Virus record (IMG/VR): IMGVR_UViG_3300020204_000036
Location: 1 to 64,000 of that record
DNA: 64,000 nucleotides
Reading direction: 5' to 3' (one strand)
DNA from: a virus
A program made the position numbers and the translations under genes. The notes below the pieces were generated by a model, which did no database searches, was not told where the DNA came from, and saw nothing but the letters and a program-made list of their open reading frames with translations. Position 1 is the first letter of the stretch. The number at the start of each line of letters is the position of its first letter. Below are positions 20,921-32,259 of the stretch, in pieces.

Positions 20921-22759
20921 ATGGCAACACAAAAAATTAACTATACTAGTAGAGATTTTGATAGTCTAAGAAAAGACCTGATTAATTACACACAACAATA
21001 CTACCCCGACATAATCCAAAATTTTAACGACGCTTCAATTTTTTCAGTGTTGATGGATTTAAATGCCGCTATAGGTGATAATTTACATTTTCATATTGAC
21101 AGAAGTATACAAGAAACTGTTTTACAATATGCTCAGCAAAGGTCCTCTATTTTTAATATTGCAAGAACATATGGATTAAAAATTCCAGGTTTTAGACCAT
21201 CAGTTGCCCTTGCAGACATTTCGATACAAGTTCCGGCATTTGGAGATAATGAAGATACTCGTTATCTTGGTATCTTAAGAGCAGGTGCTCAGTTTAATGG
21301 AGGGGGTCAAACTTTCGAAACGGTTTATGATGTTGATTTTTCAACTCAATATAATAATGAAGGGTTTAATAACAGAACTAAAGTTCCTATTTTTGACGCT
21401 AACAATAAAATAATTAGTTATATAATGACTAAAAGAGAAGTGGTCGTTAATGGCGTGACTAAAGTTTATAAACAGGTTGTTAATGCTTCAGACGTTATTC
21501 CATTTTATAATTTCTTTTTACCTGAAAAAGATGTGTTGTCTGTGACAACTATAATTCAAAAAGACGGAACACAATATCAATCAACACCAACTAATGCGGA
21601 ATTTATAACAAGCCCAAATAAATGGTACGAAGTGGATGCTTTAGCAGAAGACACCGTCTTTATCGAAGACACTACAAAACCAATTGATAATGCGGGTATA
21701 AAAGTTGGAAGATATATTAAAACAGATAATAGATTTATTTCTGAATACACACCTGAAGGGTATATGAAAATTCAATTTGGTGCGGCAACAACAACACCAA
21801 ATCAACAATTACAACAGTTTGCAAATATTGGAATACCCTTGAAAATACAAAACTACCAAAATAACATAGGATTAGGTTTAACTGTAACACCAAATACCAC
21901 CTTATTTGTTCAATACCGAGTTGGTGGTGGAACGGCGTCAAATGTTGGTGTTGGAGCCATTAATCAAGTAGGGTTGATTGACTTAGCGGTTAACGGGCCA
22001 TCACCCCAAATTAATCAAAGCGTTATTCAGTCAATTAAAGTAAATAATGTTACAAGTGCTGTCGGTGGAGCAAATCAACCAACAATCGAAGAAGCAAGAA
22101 ATATGGTTGCATTTAATTTTGCGGCACAAAAAAGAGCCGTAACCGTAAATGATTATAAATCCTTGATTGACACAATGCCTGGTAAATTTGGAGCGCCGGC
22201 AAAAGTTGCAATTACAGAAAATAATAACAAAGTAACCGTTCAAATTTTATCTTACGACGGAGATGGTAATTTAACACAAACAGTTCCAAACGCACTTAAA
22301 ACAAATCTTGCAATTTACCTTTCTAAATATAGAATGATAAATGACTACATATCTATTGATGTCGCTAAAGTAATTGACTTGGAATTTGAAATTTCAGTTG
22401 TGATAGAAAACAATACCGCCCAAAGTCAGATAATTGCCCAAATAATAGACCAAGTTTCTAAATATATGAACCCTCAAAACAGGGACTTAGGGCAAAATGT
22501 AAATGTTTCAGATGTTAGAAACTTAATACAAAATACTGCCGGTGTCAGTACCTTAACGGATTTGAAAATTTACAATAAGGTTGGAGGGCAGTATTCTTCA
22601 TCAGAAACATCACAAAGATACGCCGACATTGAAACAAAACAAATTCTTTTGATTGACGATACTATTTTTGCAGAACCTGACCAAATTTACCAAATTAGAT
22701 TTGACTCAAGAGACATCAATGTCAGAGTCAAACAACTAAGAACTGTAGACTTCTACTAA
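20921..22759 (+). CDS. Baseplate wedge subunit (gp6/BaseplateJ-like)
   Basis: YTSRDFDSLRKDL, IQFG, YRVGGG, GGA..EEARN..AQKRAVTVNDY. Confidence 0.9.
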   Translation: MATQKINYTSRDFDSLRKDLINYTQQYYPDIIQNFNDASIFSVLMDLNAAIGDNLHFHIDRSIQETVLQYAQQRSSIFNIARTYGLKIPGFRPSVALADISIQVPAFGDNEDTRYLGILRAGAQFNGGGQTFETVYDVDFSTQYNNEGFNNRTKVPIFDANNKIISYIMTKREVVVNGVTKVYKQVVNASDVIPFYNFFLPEKDVLSVTTIIQKDGTQYQSTPTNAEFITSPNKWYEVDALAEDTVFIEDTTKPIDNAGIKVGRYIKTDNRFISEYTPEGYMKIQFGAATTTPNQQLQQFANIGIPLKIQNYQNNIGLGLTVTPNTTLFVQYRVGGGTASNVGVGAINQVGLIDLAVNGPSPQINQSVIQSIKVNNVTSAVGGANQPTIEEARNMVAFNFAAQKRAVTVNDYKSLIDTMPGKFGAPAKVAITENNNKVTVQILSYDGDGNLTQTVPNALKTNLAIYLSKYRMINDYISIDVAKVIDLEFEISVVIENNTAQSQIIAQIIDQVSKYMNPQNRDLGQNVNVSDVRNLIQNTAGVSTLTDLKIYNKVGGQYSSSETSQRYADIETKQILLIDDTIFAEPDQIYQIRFDSRDINVRVKQLRTVDFY

Positions 22760-22833
22760 ATCATTTATTTTATTTCTTAGATGATTAGTTTTTAATAAAA
22801 AACCTAAATTATCTATTTATTTTAAAATAATTA

Positions 22834-25800
22834 ATGACAAAAACATATAGACTTAAGGCTCAACCACTAAAGGACCAAAATTTAAGAATCAGTGTAACCC
22901 AAGATTTTGACTTTTTAGAAATACTTTCTCTCAAATTGAGACAAGAGGATGTATACACTAGATTTTGTGCCGATTATGGTGTAGTAGCAGGAAGAGTTGT
23001 AGTTAACGGTGGTTATGGTGTCCCCAACGCCAATGTGTCAATTTTTGTCCCTTTGGATGTTTTTGATGAAAACGACCCAATAATATCAACATTATACCCT
23101 TACAAAAGACCTGAACAAAAAAACGAAGATGGTTTTAGATATAATCTACTACCATACGTTCAAGAGTATGGCGGTCACATGCCTACTGGCACGTTCCCAG
23201 ATGTGGAGGACGTTCTTAAAAGAAAAGAAGTACTACAAATTTACGAAAAATATTATAAATACACCGTCAAAACAAATGAAAGTGGTGATTTTATGATTGT
23301 TGGAGTGCCTTTAGGTATTCAAACTGCTGTATTGGATTTAGATTTATCTAATATTGGTTGTTTTTCATTAAGACCTTCAGACCTAATAAGATTAGGTCGA
23401 GGAAGTTCAGAACAATTTGATGGAGACAAATTTAAATCATCAACCGACTTAGATTCTTTACCACAAATTGTTGGACAAAAAAAAGACATTGATGTTGCAT
23501 CTTTTTGGGGTGAAGAAAATATTTGTAATGTTGGTATCACAAGAGTTGATTTTGATTTAAGAGATTTAGGAATCGAAATAACACCTCAGGCGGTTTTTAT
23601 GGGGTCTATATTTTCTACAAGTGAAGAGGATTTTCTAAAATCAAACTGTAAACCAAAAAAAGACTCTGGAAACTTATGTGATTTAGTAACAGGGCAAGGT
23701 AGGATTTTAGCCATTAGACAAACAATTAATTATGATGTAAACGGTAGACCCGCTTTGGAACAGTATTCTTTACCTGAAGGTGGAAAAGTTATTGACGACA
23801 ACGGGACTTGGTTGGTAAATGTTCCCATGAATTTAGATTATGTTACAACAAATGAATTCGGAGAACAAGTGTTGTCAACAGACCCGAATGTCGGAATACC
23901 AACAAAAGGTAAATATAGATTTAGAATTCAATTCCAAAATGAAGATGGTATGAGGGCTAGTGTATTAAGAGCCGATTATCTCGTCCCAAACGTAAAAGAA
24001 TGGGGATGGACAAATGCAAATGTAGATACACCAACAGACCCCGCTGCGCAGTTAAAATCATATGCCTTTAGTTTAGAGTGGGATGACTACGGAGATGTTA
24101 ATACCACAATAGGTCAACAAATGATTCAAGAGGCCGTCAATTGTCAAGATAAATTTTACGAGTTGCATTTCAACAAGGTTTATACTATTTCTAATTTTAT
24201 TGATAGGTGGAAATGGGGATTTAATAGAAGTAGACACTTGGGAATTAAAGAAATAACAGACAGAAGATGCACAACAACAACAAATAGATTTCCAGTCAAT
24301 GATGGTGTAAGAAACTTTGACTTTATTTTTTTCCTATTTAGTTTATTAACAATTTTAATGACCCCAACGTTTATAACTTTAATAATTATTTTACATGTAT
24401 TGGCCTTTTTATATCCGATAATACGAATTATTATAAATTTAATAATACGGTTGATTAATGGTGTCATTTATGGTATTTGTTTGGCGATAAGATTTATAAC
24501 TTTTGGAGCAAGACCGAAAGGTGGTTGTAAAAGAGAGCCGATAAAACCTTTAGATAAAACCAACCCTTTTAAAAGAATATCCTTACCGATGTTGTCTTAT
24601 CCTGATTGTGAAGCTTGCTCTTGTACCGATGAACCACTAACAGAAGACGCGACACAATCCCCGTTTGCACAGACTGCAAACGCTTCAATATCGTCACAAA
24701 ATAATAGCTCACTTGGAGACACAAATTCCACAGTTAGTTTCAGCACCTATAATTCGATATTAGCGGCAAACTCTAATGATGTTCCTGCTTACAACAATGG
24801 GGTTGCACAAGCAATGGCGGGTTACCAATTTCAAAATTTAGGAAATAATGATGATAAACTAATAAAAACACCAATTGCTGAAATTCCTGCTCAAGGTGGA
24901 ATAAAATTTTTAGCAAATGACATTACATTGTCACAATCTTTAAATCTTGCAAATTTAAGACAAAGATATTTTGATGGGGAAAACCTCATTCAAACCACTG
25001 TTAGAAACACAATTCCAAATACAATAACAGTTGATGCGTCACAACCATTTACCGATAGTGTATTAATGTTATTTGTCGATAGTGGAACATTCAATGGATT
25101 ACCACCTGGACAAATATTAACATTCCAAGATGTTAGTAAAATTAATGACCCTAACTTAACAGGAATTACAAACGCTAATCAATTTAACACTAATAGTATT
25201 ACAGGCACAACCTTGTTTAACGCATCAAGTTTAGTTACGGTTCCTGTGAATTATATAAATCAATCAGGAACACAACAAACCGCAAACTTGAAGTTAAAAA
25301 TCTCTGAAGATGGAAAAGATTATAAATTTCCTGCCGGTGTCGAATACTTTCAAGTAATTACAGGAGGGACTGTAACACAGTTTTCTGGTTTGACAAATAC
25401 CTCGGGAGGATTATTAAATAAATACCTATTTAAAAAAACACAAAGATTTTGTTATGGTCTGTTACCTCAACAGTGTGACTATGTATTCCCAATTAAATTT
25501 ATTGATGATTTTGCAAATTACGAGGTAATTTTCTTAACAAGAGGAACTGACCCATATACAGAAAAACAAAATATCAAATATGACTTATCAAAACTATTTG
25601 GTTACAACTTAGGAACTGGACCATTTGTTGAGGGTAGTTATTACTTGAATATACCAATTCAACAAAATACGGGTAGTGGTTTGTGGTTTAATGATTATAA
25701 AACACCAGAATCACATTTAGTTGCAAATAACACGAACGTTTCTCTTTATCATCCGTCATTTGGATTTACTCCTGACGCTACATTATTTTCGGCGTTTACA

Positions 25801-27687
25801 AATAACAGCCCATATTATTATAACTCGACCGATAAATCACAAAGCACGTTTAAAGCTTATAGTTCAGATGTTCTTAGTTTGGGGTATTTTACATTACCAC
25901 AAGGTGTGTATTCTAATATTCAACCAAGTGTTTGGAATAATAGATTAGCATTCCAATGGACAAACGGTGTTTTAACTCCTCAAGGTAATATTGAAGGTGG
26001 TTCATTAATCGCGTCTACTGCAGTTCCTGGAACTCCATTAAACACTACAAATACAACAACAAGAGTTTACTCACCAGCCTACCACACAACAGTAAATACA
26101 AATATTACAGTATCAAACTCAACAAATATTGTTTTCAGGTCAGATAGATTGCCAACTTCAGATATAACAGAAGTAAGTGGTAATAGTTCTTTTAGTTTAT
26201 TTTTAAACGACAACTTTTTTATATACACTGTTGATGGTGGTGGAGGAGTTACTTTAGCTCCCACAACTAATGGACCTGGTGATACAACAAACAACGCTCA
26301 AGACATTACAGGAGACACACCAAGTCAAATTTCAAATACTATTTTAGCATCATTAAACTGTGAAAATATGACAGTATTAAAATGTTACCAAGGTGGAGGA
26401 ACATCATTTTCAGTTCAAAATCCTTGTAGTGAAAACCCCAACGGTAAAAGAATGTCTGGAGGTTGTTATAAGTTTGTTGATAACCCACTGATTGTTTCAA
26501 TACCAAAAGACATAACTTACTTTTTTGAATGGAAGACTAGATTTAGAATGGTATTTGCCGCATGTAGAGGAATTTTCTCTCACGTATTTCAAAACAATTG
26601 GGTTAATGGAACATTATATATGTTTTCATTAAAAAAACAAACAATTTTTAGTATTACAGGACAACCTAAAAAATATAAGTTTTGTGGAACACCTGATAGT
26701 ACATTACGACCACATCAAGGACCAATATTTTACACTCGTGGAACTACCAATTCACTTTTCTATAGAAGTGCAGTATACGATGGAAATAACTTTATTGGTC
26801 AAAAACCAAGACAGGGAACATTCTTAAACCCAACATTACAAGATGCTAACTTTAAAGGGATGAATACTCGTAATCTTTTTTTTCCAACGACAATTATGGA
26901 TTTGGGGCCAAGAGATGAATTCACAAAACAAATTTGTACTAACCCTAATTTCGAAGGATATTTAATTGAAACAATCAAAAGCACATCATATAATGACAGT
27001 TCAGAAATTTTACAACTTTTTATCATATCAAGACTTATAAACTCAAACTTTTGGGGACAAGTTTTAGGTTTAGGAGATGCATCGATAAATAAAATGTTTT
27101 CGAGAAGTGAAGATAGAATAGATGGTGATGTTGCACAAATGTTTTCAATAAACTCTGAATACGGTATAGAAGAATTTGATGAAGACAACTATTCTGACAA
27201 TGAACTTTATTTAGGAACGGGAGATGCACTTATGGGGATATTTTTTAGTTCTAATACGGTAAACAGACTAACCTTGAGTCCAGGTATTCAAACCTTTACA
27301 CCATCACTAACAAACTTTTTCGGGTATCCAAAAACACAAGTTGTTCCAACATATCAATGGAAATCAGATGTAACTACAACAATATTTGGTTCAGATAAAA
27401 ACGATTGGTATACTAACGTATTATCAAGTGGTGGGTTTTATTCACAACCATATCAAAGATTTAGTTTCAAACCGCCAACAACACCATATTTTAATTCTTC
27501 AACAACAGGAAGAAGAGGTTTTATATACAACCAAACAACACAAGGCTTAGCAAATCCTAATTGGCCCGCAGGAACACCTCAACAGTATGTTGTTGGTGGT
27601 CCAAATCATTTTTATTATGGATTAAATAAAGGTAAAAGTGCGATAAACAGATACATTAAATTATACATTTTAAATCAAGATGAGTAA
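22834..27687 (+). CDS. Large structural protein with carboxypeptidase-regulatory-like N-domain and internal hydrophobic hairpin
   Basis: GRVVVNGGYGVPNANVSI..TNESGDFMIVGVPLG; about 60 aa hydrophobic segment; baseplate context; TATTTAT at 22814. Confidence 0.6.
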   Translation: MTKTYRLKAQPLKDQNLRISVTQDFDFLEILSLKLRQEDVYTRFCADYGVVAGRVVVNGGYGVPNANVSIFVPLDVFDENDPIISTLYPYKRPEQKNEDGFRYNLLPYVQEYGGHMPTGTFPDVEDVLKRKEVLQIYEKYYKYTVKTNESGDFMIVGVPLGIQTAVLDLDLSNIGCFSLRPSDLIRLGRGSSEQFDGDKFKSSTDLDSLPQIVGQKKDIDVASFWGEENICNVGITRVDFDLRDLGIEITPQAVFMGSIFSTSEEDFLKSNCKPKKDSGNLCDLVTGQGRILAIRQTINYDVNGRPALEQYSLPEGGKVIDDNGTWLVNVPMNLDYVTTNEFGEQVLSTDPNVGIPTKGKYRFRIQFQNEDGMRASVLRADYLVPNVKEWGWTNANVDTPTDPAAQLKSYAFSLEWDDYGDVNTTIGQQMIQEAVNCQDKFYELHFNKVYTISNFIDRWKWGFNRSRHLGIKEITDRRCTTTTNRFPVNDGVRNFDFIFFLFSLLTILMTPTFITLIIILHVLAFLYPIIRIIINLIIRLINGVIYGICLAIRFITFGARPKGGCKREPIKPLDKTNPFKRISLPMLSYPDCEACSCTDEPLTEDATQSPFAQTANASISSQNNSSLGDTNSTVSFSTYNSILAANSNDVPAYNNGVAQAMAGYQFQNLGNNDDKLIKTPIAEIPAQGGIKFLANDITLSQSLNLANLRQRYFDGENLIQTTVRNTIPNTITVDASQPFTDSVLMLFVDSGTFNGLPPGQILTFQDVSKINDPNLTGITNANQFNTNSITGTTLFNASSLVTVPVNYINQSGTQQTANLKLKISEDGKDYKFPAGVEYFQVITGGTVTQFSGLTNTSGGLLNKYLFKKTQRFCYGLLPQQCDYVFPIKFIDDFANYEVIFLTRGTDPYTEKQNIKYDLSKLFGYNLGTGPFVEGSYYLNIPIQQNTGSGLWFNDYKTPESHLVANNTNVSLYHPSFGFTPDATLFSAFTNNSPYYYNSTDKSQSTFKAYSSDVLSLGYFTLPQGVYSNIQPSVWNNRLAFQWTNGVLTPQGNIEGGSLIASTAVPGTPLNTTNTTTRVYSPAYHTTVNTNITVSNSTNIVFRSDRLPTSDITEVSGNSSFSLFLNDNFFIYTVDGGGGVTLAPTTNGPGDTTNNAQDITGDTPSQISNTILASLNCENMTVLKCYQGGGTSFSVQNPCSENPNGKRMSGGCYKFVDNPLIVSIPKDITYFFEWKTRFRMVFAACRGIFSHVFQNNWVNGTLYMFSLKKQTIFSITGQPKKYKFCGTPDSTLRPHQGPIFYTRGTTNSLFYRSAVYDGNNFIGQKPRQGTFLNPTLQDANFKGMNTRNLFFPTTIMDLGPRDEFTKQICTNPNFEGYLIETIKSTSYNDSSEILQLFIISRLINSNFWGQVLGLGDASINKMFSRSEDRIDGDVAQMFSINSEYGIEEFDEDNYSDNELYLGTGDALMGIFFSSNTVNRLTLSPGIQTFTPSLTNFFGYPKTQVVPTYQWKSDVTTTIFGSDKNDWYTNVLSSGGFYSQPYQRFSFKPPTTPYFNSSTTGRRGFIYNQTTQGLANPNWPAGTPQQYVVGGPNHFYYGLNKGKSAINRYIKLYILNQDE

Positions 27688-29395
27688 TCAAAATGAAATA
27701 AGAATAGTTCTCGGCTCTGAAAGAAGTGCTGGTAGTGTCGATAGAGATGTTTTGATACAACCACCATTGATTGGGGATAGAAGAGAGTTGATTGAAGGAG
27801 ATAGAAGTATTTTAGTAAATCAACAAACTGTTTTCAATCAAGAAAGACAATCAAGTGATAAGTTTAGAGTTGCTGGTAAAATTACAAACCTTTTTGATAA
27901 CGTAGTTACCGGTAAAACTTCATATACGCCATTTAAAAATTATCTGTATTATACAAATGCCATAACAAACGCCACTAATAATTCTAATTTTTGGGAAGGA
28001 AATCCACAATTTGATGAATTTACAATGGTAAGAGTGAGTGGTATCACAGGTCATATTCCTTTTGTGACTAAAAGTGCGTCATCATATAATTGGTCATTTT
28101 ATATTAGTTATGCGTTTTCTAGCACTACTGCTCAAACAATGTCCTATACTGATGAAAAGTTTGGTGTAACAAATAGTGGTTTTTTGGCTGGTAACGGTAT
28201 ACCTTATGTTTTGACTACAGGTAAGTTTAACGGTAAACAACTTGTTTATTTTTATTGTGGGACAATTCACAACTTAAAAATTGGAGATTTTGTTGAACTA
28301 TCGGTCCCGATTAACAATAGAACAATTTTTCAAGTTTATTCTTTAGGTGATGGAACCATTAATTCAGAAGAAAAAGTTTTTACGATTTATGATTTAAAAT
28401 ACCCACCCGTTGATGTTCAAACAGGTATATATGGAAATTTAAAAAGAATTACTGAAACTTCGAACTCTGCAGAAACAAAATCAATATACTACGTAAGATT
28501 ACATAAAATAATAAAAAACAGCGAACAATGTAATATTGCTAAAATTGGTTTTGAAAACAATCCATTTGCTATTGATAGAAAATTAGAATATTCAGCACTT
28601 ACACCTAATCAAATACAAAGAGTTTCGATAAAAAATAATACTCAAAGTTTTTCATTCACATTTGACAAAGATATAAAAATTGCCCCTTACATTGACAACA
28701 ATGGAAAACCAATAACTGAATTATTTTTTACCGTGGTAAACAGAGGATATATGGGATGGTTTAACAAACCTTTTCCAAATCAAAATGGAACACTTAGCGG
28801 TATTGACATTGGATGGAACTTTAACTTTTTAGAAAATTCTGTTGATACTTGGTGGAATCACAGCAGTTCTTTGAACAAAGATAACATACCAACATTATCT
28901 TATTTCTATAACGGTCAAACTTTTTACTATAATGACATATTAAATGAAAATGATGTTATTTTTGGAGATTTTTGCGAATACAATTATATCGAGCAAAAAG
29001 AATATGTTTTGTCAAAAATAGTACATAAATATTCATTTAATGATATATTGTTTCAAACTTCAGGAACTCAAAACTATCCTGATGGTTATTTATATAACCC
29101 CCACCACTCAATACAAATTAGAGCTTTTAGCGATTATGTTGAAAATGGTGATAGACAATCTGTAGATGGTATACCAGGATATTCTTGGTTTAGTGAGTTC
29201 AATAATAAATGGTTATGGAGAGATTTATATACATATGGGTTTATTGATAGTGACGGTATAGGGGTTAATAACCCATTCATAAACGGAGCTCATTATCCAT
29301 TTCTAAATTGTATATTTTTACAATACCCAATTCAAAGAAATAACAATACATTCTCTAATGAATATCAACAAATTATAAACGACGATTGTGAATAA
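27680..29395 (+). CDS. Putative baseplate/tail structural protein
   Basis: 571 aa, overlaps its neighbours in the structural operon. Confidence 0.55.
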   Translation: MSNQNEIRIVLGSERSAGSVDRDVLIQPPLIGDRRELIEGDRSILVNQQTVFNQERQSSDKFRVAGKITNLFDNVVTGKTSYTPFKNYLYYTNAITNATNNSNFWEGNPQFDEFTMVRVSGITGHIPFVTKSASSYNWSFYISYAFSSTTAQTMSYTDEKFGVTNSGFLAGNGIPYVLTTGKFNGKQLVYFYCGTIHNLKIGDFVELSVPINNRTIFQVYSLGDGTINSEEKVFTIYDLKYPPVDVQTGIYGNLKRITETSNSAETKSIYYVRLHKIIKNSEQCNIAKIGFENNPFAIDRKLEYSALTPNQIQRVSIKNNTQSFSFTFDKDIKIAPYIDNNGKPITELFFTVVNRGYMGWFNKPFPNQNGTLSGIDIGWNFNFLENSVDTWWNHSSSLNKDNIPTLSYFYNGQTFYYNDILNENDVIFGDFCEYNYIEQKEYVLSKIVHKYSFNDILFQTSGTQNYPDGYLYNPHHSIQIRAFSDYVENGDRQSVDGIPGYSWFSEFNNKWLWRDLYTYGFIDSDGIGVNNPFINGAHYPFLNCIFLQYPIQRNNNTFSNEYQQIINDDCE

Positions 29396-30230
29396 TAATT
29401 ATTACAGATTTAGTAATACACCAAATGATACGTTCATTAACATACCTGTTGAAGTGACTTTCGATATGGCAGGAAGAAATGATGGGATAGTTGAATTTGA
29501 AAATAATATATTACAAGATTTAATAAACGGTATTGATGATTTTGAAACCACAAGGTTTGCAAATAAACCTTATCCACAAACCCCTGATAAAACCGATATA
29601 AACTATGATTTTTACTTTTTAGATTCAACCGTTCAAGTTACAATGGCAACTTCAAGTGATTGGTCTGTTGATTACGCAAACGCGACATTCAAAGACTCTG
29701 AATTATTTTATTTTGCAAATTCATTTAAAGGTAGTTTTTTCAAATTGGATTTTTATGATACTAAAACAAATGAAAATCAAAAAGCATATTTCAGTGTAAT
29801 ATTACCAACACAACAAGGACAAACAAGGGTTGGGTTTTTGGGGCCATTAAATAACCAAACACAAGTGAAAGTAAAAAAACCAAAAATGAAATTGGACTAC
29901 ACAGGCGCAGATAAGGAAGGGTTTTTTATTTATTGGTTAAAAGAAAGAGATTTTATTAACATTACAGAACTTTATATGACTGCAAAGTTTTTTAACGCAA
30001 AAACAGGTCAATTTGTTAGATTTATGAATGAGCCACAATCCACATTCTCTGCGGGAAATAAATTTAATTTTGATAAATCACAATATTTTTATTATAAAGT
30101 GGAATTAGATTATACAAACTACGAATACCAAGTTTATAAAGAAATACCACAACAGAACCAATCCCCCACATTATTTAGAGTTGGCGACACGACAAATGTC
30201 ATAAAATGGTATGAATACGGAAACCCATAA
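29388..30230 (+). CDS. Putative structural protein
   Basis: 280 aa, aromatic/beta-rich, coupled to neighbours. Confidence 0.55.
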   Translation: MNNNYYRFSNTPNDTFINIPVEVTFDMAGRNDGIVEFENNILQDLINGIDDFETTRFANKPYPQTPDKTDINYDFYFLDSTVQVTMATSSDWSVDYANATFKDSELFYFANSFKGSFFKLDFYDTKTNENQKAYFSVILPTQQGQTRVGFLGPLNNQTQVKVKKPKMKLDYTGADKEGFFIYWLKERDFINITELYMTAKFFNAKTGQFVRFMNEPQSTFSAGNKFNFDKSQYFYYKVELDYTNYEYQVYKEIPQQNQSPTLFRVGDTTNVIKWYEYGNP

Positions 30231-31318
30231 TGGAAGCAGAAAAATACTCAATTGTTGTATCTCCCGAAAACATTGTATCGGATATTTTTATAAAAACATA
30301 CAGTGGAGATAGTGGACTTCAAACATTTGGTGTTTATTCAGGTATGTCCTATATTTTAAGTGGTGGAACAGGTGGGACTTCATTACTTACGGGATTAACA
30401 ATTCCTATAATGCTAACTCAAACAATGAATGACATTGGTTTTTATAGTGAGTTTGACGGATTATTATTACAAAAAGATGTATTAACAAATTTGTTATTTT
30501 CTGCAAATACTTTAAGTCCATATGACGTATATTTTTATAATACGTCGGGAGATATTGAAATATCGTTCATCAAACTCTCGAATTATTTTGTGGATTGGGG
30601 CGACGGTAGTCCCATACAACAAGTTTCAAACCAACAAATAAATCACTTATATCCAACAACTCCTAGTGGATATACTATAACTTTTTCAGGTCAAAACACT
30701 TTTGGAATGACCGTAATTCAAAAACCTATTTTTGTTCCACTTACTGGCGTAACTATAACAAATTTACAAGGTAATTTTACTTTTACACCACAAGGTGGTG
30801 TGTGGTCAGGAATTCCAATTAGTTATGATTTTATCGCGACAGGTGATTCACAAAACAATGTTGTTTCACAAATATCAAGTTCATATACAAATGTTCCGTT
30901 TCCTGTTTCAGGATTTACAAAATCAAAATTAACTCAAGTAAAAAGATATGGACCTAATCCATACACAATAGGATACACATTCATAAAAAATGGAGCACCA
31001 TACGGTCAAATTGATTCAATTACCCCTTCATTTACTTCATACACAATTAATGATATAACATATTACGATTTTCCAAATGGGCAAACACTTTATTTATTAC
31101 AAAGTTCAGGATTTACTCAAAATGACTTATTATTTTCTGCCATAACAAAAAATGAATACCTATTAGATTTTGTTATGGACCCTGAAGTTCAAAGTGATGT
31201 TTATATTGAAAGAGGTAAATATACCGCATTTGAACCTTTACAAAGACTGAACGAAGTTGATAATTTAGGTGACATGATTAGATACGGTTATGGTTATTAT
31301 AAAATTAATGAAACATAA
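30230..31318 (+). CDS. Putative structural protein with PKD-like domain
   Basis: YFVDWGDGS..INHLYP..YTIT PKD signature. Confidence 0.6.
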   Translation: MEAEKYSIVVSPENIVSDIFIKTYSGDSGLQTFGVYSGMSYILSGGTGGTSLLTGLTIPIMLTQTMNDIGFYSEFDGLLLQKDVLTNLLFSANTLSPYDVYFYNTSGDIEISFIKLSNYFVDWGDGSPIQQVSNQQINHLYPTTPSGYTITFSGQNTFGMTVIQKPIFVPLTGVTITNLQGNFTFTPQGGVWSGIPISYDFIATGDSQNNVVSQISSSYTNVPFPVSGFTKSKLTQVKRYGPNPYTIGYTFIKNGAPYGQIDSITPSFTSYTINDITYYDFPNGQTLYLLQSSGFTQNDLLFSAITKNEYLLDFVMDPEVQSDVYIERGKYTAFEPLQRLNEVDNLGDMIRYGYGYYKINET

Positions 31319-31350
31319 AAAAAGACATAAACTATTTATAAAATAAAAGA

Positions 31351-32259
31351 ATGGCACTTGGCACATATGGAATAACAAGACCCGCGGATGTTTCTCCGTC
31401 AGATGTTGAAATTATCTTACATTACACAACTTCAAGAGACGTAACTGATAATTTTTTATTAAAAAAATTAAATACTGCAAATATATTAACACCATATTTT
31501 CATAATTCTAACACAGGTGGAAATAACAATGTAGAAATTTTAGGCGGATTATATAATCTCAAATTACCCGCTACTGAATTTAGTAAGTTAGGAATTTATA
31601 CTTTATTGATTAGGCCTGCCGAAATAAGAACAAAAATAACTGATTGTGGTGTTTTGTCTGCATTACCAAACGTTAAAGGGATAATTATTGACATTAATGG
31701 TGTTCCTTCACAATATAGAAACAAGTTTGTAACACAAGGACTTGTTGGGTTTAGAGTTGAATATTTAAATTCAGACGGGTCAAAAATACCAAATTTTTAT
31801 AGAATTGTAACATCTTCATTTTACTGTGAACCGGTTGTTACAGAACAAGTAAACACATCACAAAAGGCAATCAGATATAGATACGTCGACAACCCAACAG
31901 ATTTAATTTTTTGTACTCTGTCACCATCATCATCACCATCCAACAAACCAAACGCAATACCTTTCATTGGTCAACCAAATCAAAATATAATTATTACAAA
32001 TACTTTTTTTAATCCAATTACAATAGACATACAAATGGCTGAATACGATATTGATACGTTGGCGATTGCTCTTTACGGAAATCAAACTAAAAGTATTGAA
32101 GATGGTATATACACTTTATACGACACGGCGGGTAATATATACAAACAATACAATCTATTTGAAATTAGAGATACGTTTAACGAATTACTTTATGAAGTTA
32201 GACAAAATAGAAATAACAATATCGATTACAGTAAAAACTTTACTAATATAATTGAGTAA
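31351..32259 (+). CDS. Putative structural protein
   Basis: 302 aa; TATTTATA at 31333. Confidence 0.55.
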   Translation: MALGTYGITRPADVSPSDVEIILHYTTSRDVTDNFLLKKLNTANILTPYFHNSNTGGNNNVEILGGLYNLKLPATEFSKLGIYTLLIRPAEIRTKITDCGVLSALPNVKGIIIDINGVPSQYRNKFVTQGLVGFRVEYLNSDGSKIPNFYRIVTSSFYCEPVVTEQVNTSQKAIRYRYVDNPTDLIFCTLSPSSSPSNKPNAIPFIGQPNQNIIITNTFFNPITIDIQMAEYDIDTLAIALYGNQTKSIEDGIYTLYDTAGNIYKQYNLFEIRDTFNELLYEVRQNRNNNIDYSKNFTNIIE

